64,000 nucleotides of DNA, taken from the NCBI GenBank assembly GCA_044235645.1, contig JBIIHQ010000004.1, forward strand, positions 185,562 through 249,561, given 5' to 3'. The notes under the pieces are model-generated. The model did no database searches and had not been told where the DNA came from. It saw only the letters and a list, made by a program, of their open reading frames with translations. The position numbers and the translations under genes were made by a program. Below are positions 40,569 to 49,413 of this stretch, piece after piece. Numbering within the stretch: the first letter of the stretch is position 1; every line of letters starts with the position of its first letter. The stretch is from Bdellovibrionota bacterium. Its GTDB lineage: Bacteria > Bdellovibrionota_C > UBA2361 > OMIW01.

Positions 40569-42062
40569 ATGACAAATGTCACGGAATGGGTCCCGGTGAT
40601 ACCGACAGCGGTGCTCGGATTGGGTGGAATGGTGCTAGCTTTAGCGCCTCGAGGAGGAGAGCGTATTCCAGCGTTTGGGGCTCTCGCTCTCGTGGTGATC
40701 GCCCTCAGCGTGGCATTACTATTTGATGGTGGATACACCGTCAGTGTCGGAGCTTCTCGCATCCCAGATGCAGGGTTGTTTGGAGCGGGGTTTCTTTCTG
40801 ACCCCTTTACGTGGTTCTTCACTGTTCTTGTTCTGGTGGGAACCCTCGTCGTTGTGGCAATGTCGTTCGGTCGGCTCGCATCGCTCGGGATATCGTCGAG
40901 TCCAGAATATTACGGTCTCTTGTTGATGACTTCGGCCAGTGCGATCGTGTTGGTTGGGGCGGGTGAGCTAATAACCCTCTTTGTCGGCCTTGAAGCGTTA
41001 TCGTTAGGTCTTTACTGTCTCTGTGGGTCTGCGGTTAGTTCTCGAAGGAGCGTCGAGGGGGCTCTCAAATATTTTATTCTTGGGTCCTTTAGTTCTGCAT
41101 TTCTGCTTTACGGGATGTCGGTTTTATATGGGGTCACCGGAAGCACTGAACTTGCGGTGATTGCCCGAGCGTTGGTCTCGGTAAGACAAATTCCGGCTAT
41201 TTTTGGAGTGGGACTGATTCTTGTAGGAGTCTTCTTCAAGCTTGGGGCGGTTCCGTTCCATTTCTGGGCGCCTGATGTGTACCAAGGAGCACCTACTCCG
41301 GTCACAGCCTACATGGCAAGTGTGGTCAAGGCTGCAGCGTTGGCGATGGCAATGAGGCTCCTTTGGGTTGGCTTTGGTCATATGGAGGTTGCGGGTTGGT
41401 GGCTTGGTAGTGCGTGGACCGTCGCGCTCTTGACCATGATAGTCGGTAACATAGTTGCCGTTCGGCAGCGTAATGTGAAAAGGCTGCTCGCGTATTCAAG
41501 TATCGCTCATGTGGGATACATGATGGCAGCGCTTCTGACTCCAGGGGCGCGAGCAGCCGGGGGGGGAGCTCTTCTCTTCTATATCGTTGCGTACTCCGTG
41601 GTTACCTTCGGTGCATTTGCGGTTACAATGGCTGTAACTGGCGACCGTGTTGAACATCCATCTGCCGACGATATAAGTTCTTTTGCTGGGCTCTCACAAA
41701 CTAATCCACGAATTGCTGCTGCGATGACCCTTTTTCTGCTCACCCTGGCGGGGCTTCCTCCGGGGATTGTCGGTCTTGTTGGAAAGTTCTATCTCTTGAG
41801 CGTAGTTGTTCAATCTCATTTTGTGGGGCTTGCAGTGGTGGCCGCGCTATGTTCGGCCATTTCATGTTACTTCTATCTGAGGGTCATAACTGCCATGTAT
41901 GTGCACCAAGTAACGGATGTAACGCCTGCCCACTTTGTCTCTCCCTTGGGTACCCGGATTGTGATCGGGTCGATGGTCGCAGCATCAATTATCCTTGGGG
42001 TATTGCCCTCATTTCTTTACAACAGGGCCCAAGCGGTTGCTCACGGAGTTTTTGTCAGATAG
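40569..42062 (+). CDS. nuoN: NADH-quinone oxidoreductase subunit N
   Basis: 497 aa antiporter-like subunit (FHFWAPDVYQGAPTPVTAYMASVVKAAAL). It is the last gene of the nuo cluster. Confidence 0.9.
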   Translation: MTNVTEWVPVIPTAVLGLGGMVLALAPRGGERIPAFGALALVVIALSVALLFDGGYTVSVGASRIPDAGLFGAGFLSDPFTWFFTVLVLVGTLVVVAMSFGRLASLGISSSPEYYGLLLMTSASAIVLVGAGELITLFVGLEALSLGLYCLCGSAVSSRRSVEGALKYFILGSFSSAFLLYGMSVLYGVTGSTELAVIARALVSVRQIPAIFGVGLILVGVFFKLGAVPFHFWAPDVYQGAPTPVTAYMASVVKAAALAMAMRLLWVGFGHMEVAGWWLGSAWTVALLTMIVGNIVAVRQRNVKRLLAYSSIAHVGYMMAALLTPGARAAGGGALLFYIVAYSVVTFGAFAVTMAVTGDRVEHPSADDISSFAGLSQTNPRIAAAMTLFLLTLAGLPPGIVGLVGKFYLLSVVVQSHFVGLAVVAALCSAISCYFYLRVITAMYVHQVTDVTPAHFVSPLGTRIVIGSMVAASIILGVLPSFLYNRAQAVAHGVFVR

Positions 42063-42528
42063 CCATAAGAAATCGTGGGACGGCCGCAAAAAAAGTAATT
42101 TCTGCGGAGAATCCGGGGGTTTTCGTTTTTTTTTCCGTTGATTGTTCTGAGCTGTATTCTTATAGTTATCGAGTGCAAGCCGAGAAGGGCATGCAACAGG
42201 TATCGAGTCGATCAGAGAAGGGGTGTATTTCCTGAAATCTCGCCGGAAATTTCGGGATTACTCTGGTCGGCAAGGGGAGAGCTGTCTTGTCGTTATGATC
42301 GGAAAGCAGAGAACTGTAGGGTTCCTGTTCAGGTCCTCAGTGGCATCACTTGTGATGTTCCGCTGGTCGACGAGTTTAACCATGTCATCTGAATTCACGT
42401 GACCATACCGTCGCAAAGTGCGCGCAGCTTTTGTCATTTTGCCGCCCATTTCCCGGTCGGTAAGGTGGGATCCGGTGCGAGAATCCGGGGGGCAAGTGAT
42501 GAAGGATTTTTTTATGAGGGATAGTACC

Positions 42529-43035
42529 ATGGCCGCAAAGCCCGCAAAGAAAGGCAAAGTAGAAAAGAAAGTTGCAACTAAGAAAGCGCCCGTTGCTAAG
42601 AAAGCTGCAGCAAAACCCGCGAAGATAAAGACAGTAAAGAAAGTTGCAGCTCCCAAGGCTGTGAAGAAGGTTGCAGCTCCTAAGGCTAAGAAGGCCGTTG
42701 AAGGAGGTTCGAAGGTTCAGCAGATCGTAAAGCCCAAAAATACAAATGGTAGCTTCACTCAGTCTGAGTTCCTCGAAAATCTCCGTTCCTACTGTGGCTT
42801 GCAGAAGCGTTCACAGGCAAAGGAGCTCGTGGGCGATGTTCAAAAGCTCATCCAGGATTCTCTCATGAAGGGCTACAAGATACCCTTCTTTGGTCTTGGT
42901 AAGCTCTATGTGCGAGCCACAAAAGAGCGCATGGGCCGAAATCCGCAGACGGGCGCGCCGACCAAGATTCCCGCGCGTAAGCGAGTGCGGTTCACCCCTG
43001 CGAAGGCTCTCAAGGAGGCTATCCTTAAGAAGTAA
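42529..43035 (+). CDS. HU/IHF-family DNA-binding protein with a lysine/alanine/proline-rich histone-H1-like N-terminal extension
   Basis: The C-terminal ~90 aa form an HU fold with the DNA-binding arm GLGKLYVRATKERMGRNPQTGAPTKIPARKRVRF. The N-terminal ~70 aa consist of AKPAKK/KKVAAPKA repeats. The start at MAAKPAKK has a GAGGG RBS; the ORF is open from 42418 (GTG). Confidence 0.8.
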   Translation: MAAKPAKKGKVEKKVATKKAPVAKKAAAKPAKIKTVKKVAAPKAVKKVAAPKAKKAVEGGSKVQQIVKPKNTNGSFTQSEFLENLRSYCGLQKRSQAKELVGDVQKLIQDSLMKGYKIPFFGLGKLYVRATKERMGRNPQTGAPTKIPARKRVRFTPAKALKEAILKK

Positions 43036-43254
43036 GGGGGGAAGAGGGGGGACACCTCCTCTACTCCCATAGTGCAGTTAGTGGGGGCCAGTAAGAGGTC
43101 GCCATTTGTGTACCCCGGTGGAGTCCAGCTATATCAGTTGGGCATCATCGGGCTTTTTGTTATCCACGAGCAAAATAATTCAATGGAAGGTCCCCACTCC
43201 CATCCAGGGGCGAGCGGTCATATGAAAACTCTGAACGGTAACGGAGTCTTGCTG

Positions 43255-43719
43255 TTAGTCGGTCTTTGATTCAACAAGTTTAATGGATTCTTTTCTTAGT
43301 CTGTCAGCTTCCTTGTAGTTGTGCTCCGCGATCCGCCACAGATCAATCGTTTCTTCCAACCGAGCTCGTAAGTTGCTCTCCGTTTCTCCGTCTAGCCCGG
43401 AGTACGTCTGAGGAGGAAGGATCTTTTCGACAGGTGGAATTTCTTCCAACTTACCCAGGAGGCGAAATAGCTCCCCCACCACCTGTTCATCAACGGGGAA
43501 GCCCGGCACACGCTCGATAATTCCCTCGACCCGCTCTATCTGGTGAGCTAGAAATCCTTCAAGATAATCCCTCTCCTCCAGGAGGCTCGGTGCTTCTCCC
43601 TCAATCTTGATCTGCGATGCTCGGCTCCACGTCGTTAAGCGATTGAGGGTAAGTATCGGCTCTAAAATCTGAGAGGCTTGTTTTGATGTAATCATTTTGG
43701 TCGTTCCGTCAAACACCAA
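43255..43719 (-). CDS. hypothetical acidic protein (154 aa)
   Basis: ORF only, with no recognisable domain. It lies between the HU-like gene and the HdrD-like oxidoreductase. Confidence 0.4.
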   Translation of the reverse strand: MVFDGTTKMITSKQASQILEPILTLNRLTTWSRASQIKIEGEAPSLLEERDYLEGFLAHQIERVEGIIERVPGFPVDEQVVGELFRLLGKLEEIPPVEKILPPQTYSGLDGETESNLRARLEETIDLWRIAEHNYKEADRLRKESIKLVESKTD

Positions 43720-43820
43720 TAAGTTTTTGCTTCCGCATCAGGGGCAGCGAGAGCAAAGGGAATGCTGACAATTAATTCCCCCGAGAGCCCCCATGCAATC
43801 AATAAATTTCTGCACTCCAA

Positions 43821-46040
43821 TTAAGCACCCTCGGGTGTCAAATGTTCAACCAAAACTTCTGCTATATCCCTTACCTGAAGAGTAGCCTCGCGATTAGTGA
43901 GCTTTACGCCGTCTTCAAGCATTTGGTGGCAGAATGGACAACCAGTCGCCACGGTCGTTGCGGCCGTTTCGGCAGCTTGATTTACCCGAAGGACATTCAC
44001 CCGTTCGCCCTGTTTGAGGTCCATCCAGAAATGTCCCCCGCCCGCTCCACAGCAGAAGCCCTTTTCCCGGGAGCGTTCCATCTCCACAATCTGAAGACCT
44101 CGAATCGCTTTGAGGGGTTGGCGTGGAGCCTCATATTCGTCATTGTACCGACCGAGGTAACAGGGATCGTGAAAAGTTATCTTTTCGGCCCCTTCGCTCA
44201 GCCGGAGTTTTTCCTCGGCAACCAATTTCTTGAGAAGTTGGGAGTGATGAATAACCTGAGGACCGCCGTTCGTGCCAAAGCCGAATTCAGGGTACTCATT
44301 CTTGATCGTGTTGAAGCAGTGAGGACAATTCGCCACGATATAGCGACATTTGATTGACCGCAACAGCTCGATATTTGATTTGGCGAGGGTCTGGTATAGA
44401 TTCTCTTCGCCAAGTCGACGGGCGGGATCGCCGGTACAAGATTCTTGGTTGCCGAGGATTCCGAACGATAATCCCGCCGCTCGCATTAAGGCGACCAGGC
44501 TTCGCGCAATATTTTGCTTCCGTGGGTCAAACGCAGAAAGGCATCCTACCCAGTAAAGGTAGTCGACATCGTCACCCGGCTGAACAATTGGAATGTCGAG
44601 ATCTTTCGCCCATGAGGCGCGACTGTTGGGGTCGCCGTAGGGGTTGCCCCGGTTTTCAAGGGACCGCAGGGTTGCCTGGGCCTCAGCAGGTATCTCTCCA
44701 TGCATGAGCGCCATGTTGCGGCGATTGCCGATTATTTGGTCGATATGGTCTATGCCGACCGGACATGCGGTAACGCAGGCGCGACAGGTGGTGCATGACC
44801 AAAACACCGCAGGGTCCATTACATCGCCAGCAATCCGATCGTCCCAGGAGCCTCCCAATCGTCGAGCGGTTCTCTGCACGGCCTCATTGCTCCCCCGGTA
44901 ATCTCCGACGCTCGAATACCCTGTACCGTCGGTGTGCGGAGTAACTCCGCTGCGAGGAAGGAAGATGCCGGTCAGAAGAGCGCTGTCAACTGCTCGCAGA
45001 GGAGCGGGAACAATTGATGAATGTGGGGGTGCTGAGGAATCTTGGGCATGGAGCGCAAGCATGTGGTTACGGGAGTCGAGAATGAGCCATTTGGGCGAGA
45101 GTGGCTTACCGCTCGCATAGGCGGGGCAGAGGTCCTGACAACGTCCACAGCTGGTGCAAGCATCGAGATCGAGGAGGTGCTTCCATGTATAGTCTCGGAG
45201 CGAGCCGAGGCCAAATGTCGGTTCCTCGTCTGAGGACATGATTGCCTCGATGTCGCCGATGGCAGTGAGTGCGCCCTTAGGTTGGTTTGATTCTCGAAAA
45301 AAGAGATTCAGAGAGCTCGACACGATATGAAAGAGTTTGGAATAGGGGAGGAGAGCAATCCCTGCGAAGACGGTAATCGTATGCCACCACCAGATGATGC
45401 TGTGAAGAATGCGAGCAGCGTGCGGGGATATCGGCCAAAAGAGACGAGCTGTTACTAATCCAATTGGTGAATAGGGAGCCCATGGATCTCGAGTAACGTG
45501 AATGCGCAGCCCCTCAAGGAGAAAGCCCTGTATCACCAATACGGCAATTATCAGCAGGAACACCCAATCGGCAACTCGAGAATGAAGCTTGTCCGGTCGA
45601 TCAAGATACCGACGCTTCGCTGCAAGAGCGACCCCAATCAGGACTGCGAAACCGAACAGATCGCTCAGGATTGTCAGAGCAATATAAAAGGATCCACGAT
45701 AGATCGGGATGCCGAAATCGTGATCGAGCATCACCATTGTTGTTGTTACCGTCAGAACAACAAAGCCGGTAACTATCAGGGAGTGAAAGGCGCCAGCCCG
45801 TCGATCTCGATTTGTCAGTCTTTGCGAGAGAAGCCTTGATGTACAGAGAAGGGTGCGCTCAATCCAGCTTCCCGAGCGGTTTGGATCGGGTCGCCCCGTT
45901 GACCATAGCTCGAGGCGGCGGATGATGCCAACCACCACGACTCCAAGAGTAGCCCCAAAAAGAAGGTAAAGTAAAACAACGTTATGCAGAGATGATACGT
46001 TCCAGAGGATTTCACGCGAAGCGGAGGAGAATTGATTCAT
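43821..46040 (-). CDS. membrane-anchored Fe-S oxidoreductase: NarI/DsrM-like cytochrome-b transmembrane domain fused to an HdrD/DsrK-like module (two 4Fe-4S motifs plus two CCG domains)
   Basis: N-terminal transmembrane helices, the 4Fe-4S motifs CTSCGRCQDLCP and CTTCRACVTACP, and two CCG domains (VGCLSAFDP...CPHCF and DPCYLGR...CCGAGGG). The start is uncertain; the ORF is open to 46217. Confidence 0.72.
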   Translation of the reverse strand: MNQFSSASREILWNVSSLHNVVLLYLLFGATLGVVVVGIIRRLELWSTGRPDPNRSGSWIERTLLCTSRLLSQRLTNRDRRAGAFHSLIVTGFVVLTVTTTMVMLDHDFGIPIYRGSFYIALTILSDLFGFAVLIGVALAAKRRYLDRPDKLHSRVADWVFLLIIAVLVIQGFLLEGLRIHVTRDPWAPYSPIGLVTARLFWPISPHAARILHSIIWWWHTITVFAGIALLPYSKLFHIVSSSLNLFFRESNQPKGALTAIGDIEAIMSSDEEPTFGLGSLRDYTWKHLLDLDACTSCGRCQDLCPAYASGKPLSPKWLILDSRNHMLALHAQDSSAPPHSSIVPAPLRAVDSALLTGIFLPRSGVTPHTDGTGYSSVGDYRGSNEAVQRTARRLGGSWDDRIAGDVMDPAVFWSCTTCRACVTACPVGIDHIDQIIGNRRNMALMHGEIPAEAQATLRSLENRGNPYGDPNSRASWAKDLDIPIVQPGDDVDYLYWVGCLSAFDPRKQNIARSLVALMRAAGLSFGILGNQESCTGDPARRLGEENLYQTLAKSNIELLRSIKCRYIVANCPHCFNTIKNEYPEFGFGTNGGPQVIHHSQLLKKLVAEEKLRLSEGAEKITFHDPCYLGRYNDEYEAPRQPLKAIRGLQIVEMERSREKGFCCGAGGGHFWMDLKQGERVNVLRVNQAAETAATTVATGCPFCHQMLEDGVKLTNREATLQVRDIAEVLVEHLTPEGA

Positions 46041-46275
46041 CTGAAGTGCCAGGGGTCGAAGGGTGCGGATTGATGCCGGAAATCGTGATGAGTTGGACGA
46101 GTCACCCAGATTGGGGGAATAAGCCCGCAATCTCTCGCGGTGTGTCTTTCGATACCATACCTCAAGCTGGCTGAATAATAATCCCCTTATCGTCAACCAA
46201 ATCCTCTTTTTTCGCACCAGGAGTGAAATTCATCGCATCGTATCGTGGAATGTCGTCAACACTTCGGGAGAAAGC

Positions 46276-47070
46276 ATGGGCGAAGGGCGAAAACCGGGAA
46301 GGCCACAAACGCGTTCTCTCCGTGAGCAGATTGAAAAACAGGCGACACGGCGGAGCTGCCTCGTTGACTTGCGCGTTCATAATCCCGCAGTGGTCGGTTA
46401 TTCGGGTGTGGATGGTATTGATCCAGCGCGTGCATTAGTCAGCCTCGCTCGGGTGAAAGGTATTGATATCATGGCGATATCTGACCTCTACGCGACGGAC
46501 TTTATTGACCGGGTCCAGCTCGCGAAGGGAGACCAGCCGATTATCATTATTCCGGGCGTTGATCTTCGGTGTCGTCTCGGGAATTGTGACGACATCGTTC
46601 TTTCGTGTCTTTTCCCGGAGCAAAATGGCTCAGCAGCTCTCTCAGAGTTTCTTTTTCAGCTGGCAATCCCACGTTCTGCCGCAGGTAACGAGCAGATCAT
46701 CGTCAATCGACCGATTGATACGATAATAGCGCTGACCGAGAAGCGTCAGGGGGTCGTGCTTCCGATTCGAGTGGACAAAACTCCGCATCGTGCTCAAGCA
46801 ATTCCTGATATGGTGGAGCGATGGGGGTTTAGAGCCTTTGACCTCGCCTATGGAGAGTCTGCGAGAATTTTCTCCGACAGGTGGCCGAAGGATAAGTTTC
46901 ATCTATTTAATTTTTCGAACGCGTACGCGCTCGCTCAGGTGGGCACAAGGAGCGTTCGACTAAAGTTAACCAGTCCAGACTTTGCTGGTATTAGGGAGCT
47001 CCTCATGCGACGGAGCGATCGAACTGACGCCGGGATTAGTTCCATTGATGAGCTGCGAAAAGGGGGCTAA
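46276..47070 (+). CDS. PHP-domain-like protein (degenerate metal-binding motif)
   Basis: The N-terminus VDLRVHNPAVVGYSGVDGIDPARALVSLARVKGIDIMAISDLY resembles the PHP (polymerase/histidinol phosphatase) domain start, but the canonical HxH is replaced by HNP. Confidence 0.45.
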   Translation: MGEGRKPGRPQTRSLREQIEKQATRRSCLVDLRVHNPAVVGYSGVDGIDPARALVSLARVKGIDIMAISDLYATDFIDRVQLAKGDQPIIIIPGVDLRCRLGNCDDIVLSCLFPEQNGSAALSEFLFQLAIPRSAAGNEQIIVNRPIDTIIALTEKRQGVVLPIRVDKTPHRAQAIPDMVERWGFRAFDLAYGESARIFSDRWPKDKFHLFNFSNAYALAQVGTRSVRLKLTSPDFAGIRELLMRRSDRTDAGISSIDELRKGG

Positions 47071-47263
47071 TCTGAATAGGCTGCGAAGTCCCCAATGACC
47101 CTGATTAGCTCTTCTTCACAACCCGGAGGAGCGCTCAGGCCTTGAGCAGACATCCGCAATAATTTGATGTGTCTCTGATCAAGAGGTTTACTATTCGTCA
47201 GAGTCTATTGAACCTGGTGATCGAATCCCATCCCCACTTTTCCCGGTTGGTGAAGATGACCCT

Positions 47264-48178
47264 ATGGATAGCACATTGCTTATTGGCTCTGCCTCAGCAA
47301 TCCTTGCGGCATTTATCTGGGCTGTCGCCAGTGGTACCTACAGCAGAGCGGCGCTCAGCCATCCCCCATTCGTCGTTAACGCCACGAGGACTTTGGTCTG
47401 CGTCATGGTTCTGTCCGCAATCAATACTATCCGACCGGACGGATTCTCCGGATTTTCTGCCGTCACAGCCAGCCATCTGAATTGGATGGTGCTAGCAGCT
47501 TTTTCTAGTTATAGCTTCGGTGATGCACTGTTTTTGAAAGCCTCACACCATATCGGGATATCAAATGCACTGACGATTGGTTCAAGTTATCCAGTAATCT
47601 CCGCCATCGTAGGAGTCCTCTGGTTTCGTGAAAAAATGAGTCTTGCGTTGGGATGTGGAGTGGTGCTGGTTGTTCTGGGTATGGGATGTGTATTGCGTAG
47701 TCCAAGGTCGAGCACGTCTCGAGCGAAAAGCGAAGCTCAAACGGAGGTTCTTTCAGCGAAGGGGTTGTGTTATGCAGTCGGGGCGACTTGTTGTTGGGCA
47801 TTCCTGACCGTTGCCACGCAAAGGGCAGCATTCCAGATTGATGGTGTCGTGGCGACAATTTTGAAGGCATCTATCGGTTTTTTCCTCTGTGTAATCGTGG
47901 GATTCCTGATGGAGCGCTCAATCCGTTACCCACTCCTCCCTCGGGTTGAATTTTGGTCAATCTTTCCTATTTGTGCGATTGAGATGGGCATTGGATCGCT
48001 CTGTTACACATATGCATTCCAATTCGCTCCGCTCGCCGTCGCAGCTACGCTTTGCTCAATCCACCCGATATTCTCTCTTGTCATTGCAGTACGAGCTGGA
48101 CAGGAGCGCCTTTCCTTACGAAAAATTATCGGAATGATCCTTGTCATTTCGGGGATAGGAAGTGTGGTGTCCAGTTAA
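47264..48178 (+). CDS. DMT-superfamily (EamA-like) transporter
   Basis: Ten predicted transmembrane helices arranged as two EamA-like halves. Confidence 0.75.
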   Translation: MDSTLLIGSASAILAAFIWAVASGTYSRAALSHPPFVVNATRTLVCVMVLSAINTIRPDGFSGFSAVTASHLNWMVLAAFSSYSFGDALFLKASHHIGISNALTIGSSYPVISAIVGVLWFREKMSLALGCGVVLVVLGMGCVLRSPRSSTSRAKSEAQTEVLSAKGLCYAVGATCCWAFLTVATQRAAFQIDGVVATILKASIGFFLCVIVGFLMERSIRYPLLPRVEFWSIFPICAIEMGIGSLCYTYAFQFAPLAVAATLCSIHPIFSLVIAVRAGQERLSLRKIIGMILVISGIGSVVSS

Positions 48179-48334
48179 ATATCTACCCCAGAGAAGAACA
48201 ACGTCGTCCCATGAGCGGTATCTGAGGGGGCACAACGAACGGAAGCTGTGGGCGTTCGGGGGGCAGCAAATCGAACTCTTGCCCCTGTACTGGGTGAGTG
48301 TTACTCATAATTCACTTATGCTTTCCTCTGAGAT

Positions 48335-49282
48335 ATGCCAAGTGTCCTCTGTCATACCCTCATCTGTCGTGATGTAATCCGCTCCGCTGATTCAGGAGAG
48401 ATTACTTCTTGGTCGCCGCTAGAACAGCATGCCTTTATCGCTGGCTCATGGGGGCCCGATCTAGGGGTCTTTCCGGGAACCGTTCCGTTTCTGACCGATA
48501 TCGCCCACTATCTTGGTAGTGGGCGACTGGGTCGGGCCTTGTGGGTGAGTGCTCAGAGCCCTCAGGAGCGGGCGTTTGCTGCCGGTTGGTGTCTCCATGT
48601 GATGGCTGATGCCCTCATTCATCCGCTTATCAACGAAAGTTGTGGTGAACGTATTTGGGGGGACCGTTCGCGGCCTTGTTCTTGGGGCGAGGCTGCTGCC
48701 TGGCATCAGCGTGTTGAGATAGGTCTTGATGGATGTGAGTGGGTGTGGCGTTGTGGTGCGGAATTCCCTGCCTCGGTCCCGGAGCAGGTCAGAGGGGTCG
48801 CGGAGCGCTTAATGATTATTGCCTACCAAAAAAACTATCCGGGTGTTGATTTCAACAAAGAGGACTTTAAGAAGACCGTTCACGCGGGATTTCGAGGAGT
48901 GCGACGACTTGCCAAATTTTCGATCGTAGATGGTCATTGGCACCTGCATAGGTTTCCCCCTTTGAATCTATGGCCTGCAGTAGTCACTCTTTACGGTCCA
49001 ATTAAGATCGCTACCTGGATCCTCGGGAAACGGTTTCGGTTTCATCCCCTCGCAGAGACGGTTGCTCCTACCCCATGGCTCGAGGAGGAATATCGCGCAC
49101 GGGTTGATCTTCTCAAACCTCGCTTTTTGGAGGCATTGGCGGAAGATTTTTCTCGCCTTATTGACTACAATCTCGACACTGGGGCCATTTGTGGGATTTC
49201 GGGATACGACGAAACATACCCCGGGGCGGTAGCAGCCTATCGAGCTCTCTGTGCTCGCGGTGGCAAGATATTGGAGTGGTAA
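48335..49282 (+). CDS. putative zinc-dependent phospholipase C-like / metal-dependent hydrolase family protein
   Basis: Motifs GSWGPDLG, DIAHYLG and LHVMADALIHPLI resemble the Zn-dependent PLC/P1-nuclease fold signatures (H...D...H-P-H). This is a weak call. Confidence 0.4.
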   Translation: MPSVLCHTLICRDVIRSADSGEITSWSPLEQHAFIAGSWGPDLGVFPGTVPFLTDIAHYLGSGRLGRALWVSAQSPQERAFAAGWCLHVMADALIHPLINESCGERIWGDRSRPCSWGEAAAWHQRVEIGLDGCEWVWRCGAEFPASVPEQVRGVAERLMIIAYQKNYPGVDFNKEDFKKTVHAGFRGVRRLAKFSIVDGHWHLHRFPPLNLWPAVVTLYGPIKIATWILGKRFRFHPLAETVAPTPWLEEEYRARVDLLKPRFLEALAEDFSRLIDYNLDTGAICGISGYDETYPGAVAAYRALCARGGKILEW

Positions 49283-49413
49283 ACGAGTTTGCTGAGATTT
49301 GCCTTCCCAGTCAGAGGGACAAAAGGACTCGTCAAGTGATTTGCGATATATGTCTTGATCAGAGATAAAAAACAAAGATTTCAAGATGGACTGAACTCTC
49401 AAAGGATTCGCAT

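Noticed and set aside
42258-42656. 132-aa phenylalanine/alanine-rich minus-strand ORF
   Set aside because: It is the mirror image of the lysine/alanine-rich HU tail on the opposite strand, so it is an artefact of the repeat.
46201-46440. Apparent 1-nt inconsistency between my hand-counted coordinates and the ORF track around 46222-46380
   Set aside because: This is most likely a transcription or counting slip of mine when reading the printed lines, not a real frameshift, because the ORF-track proteins are self-consistent. I therefore report motif coordinates with a tolerance of 1-2 nt.
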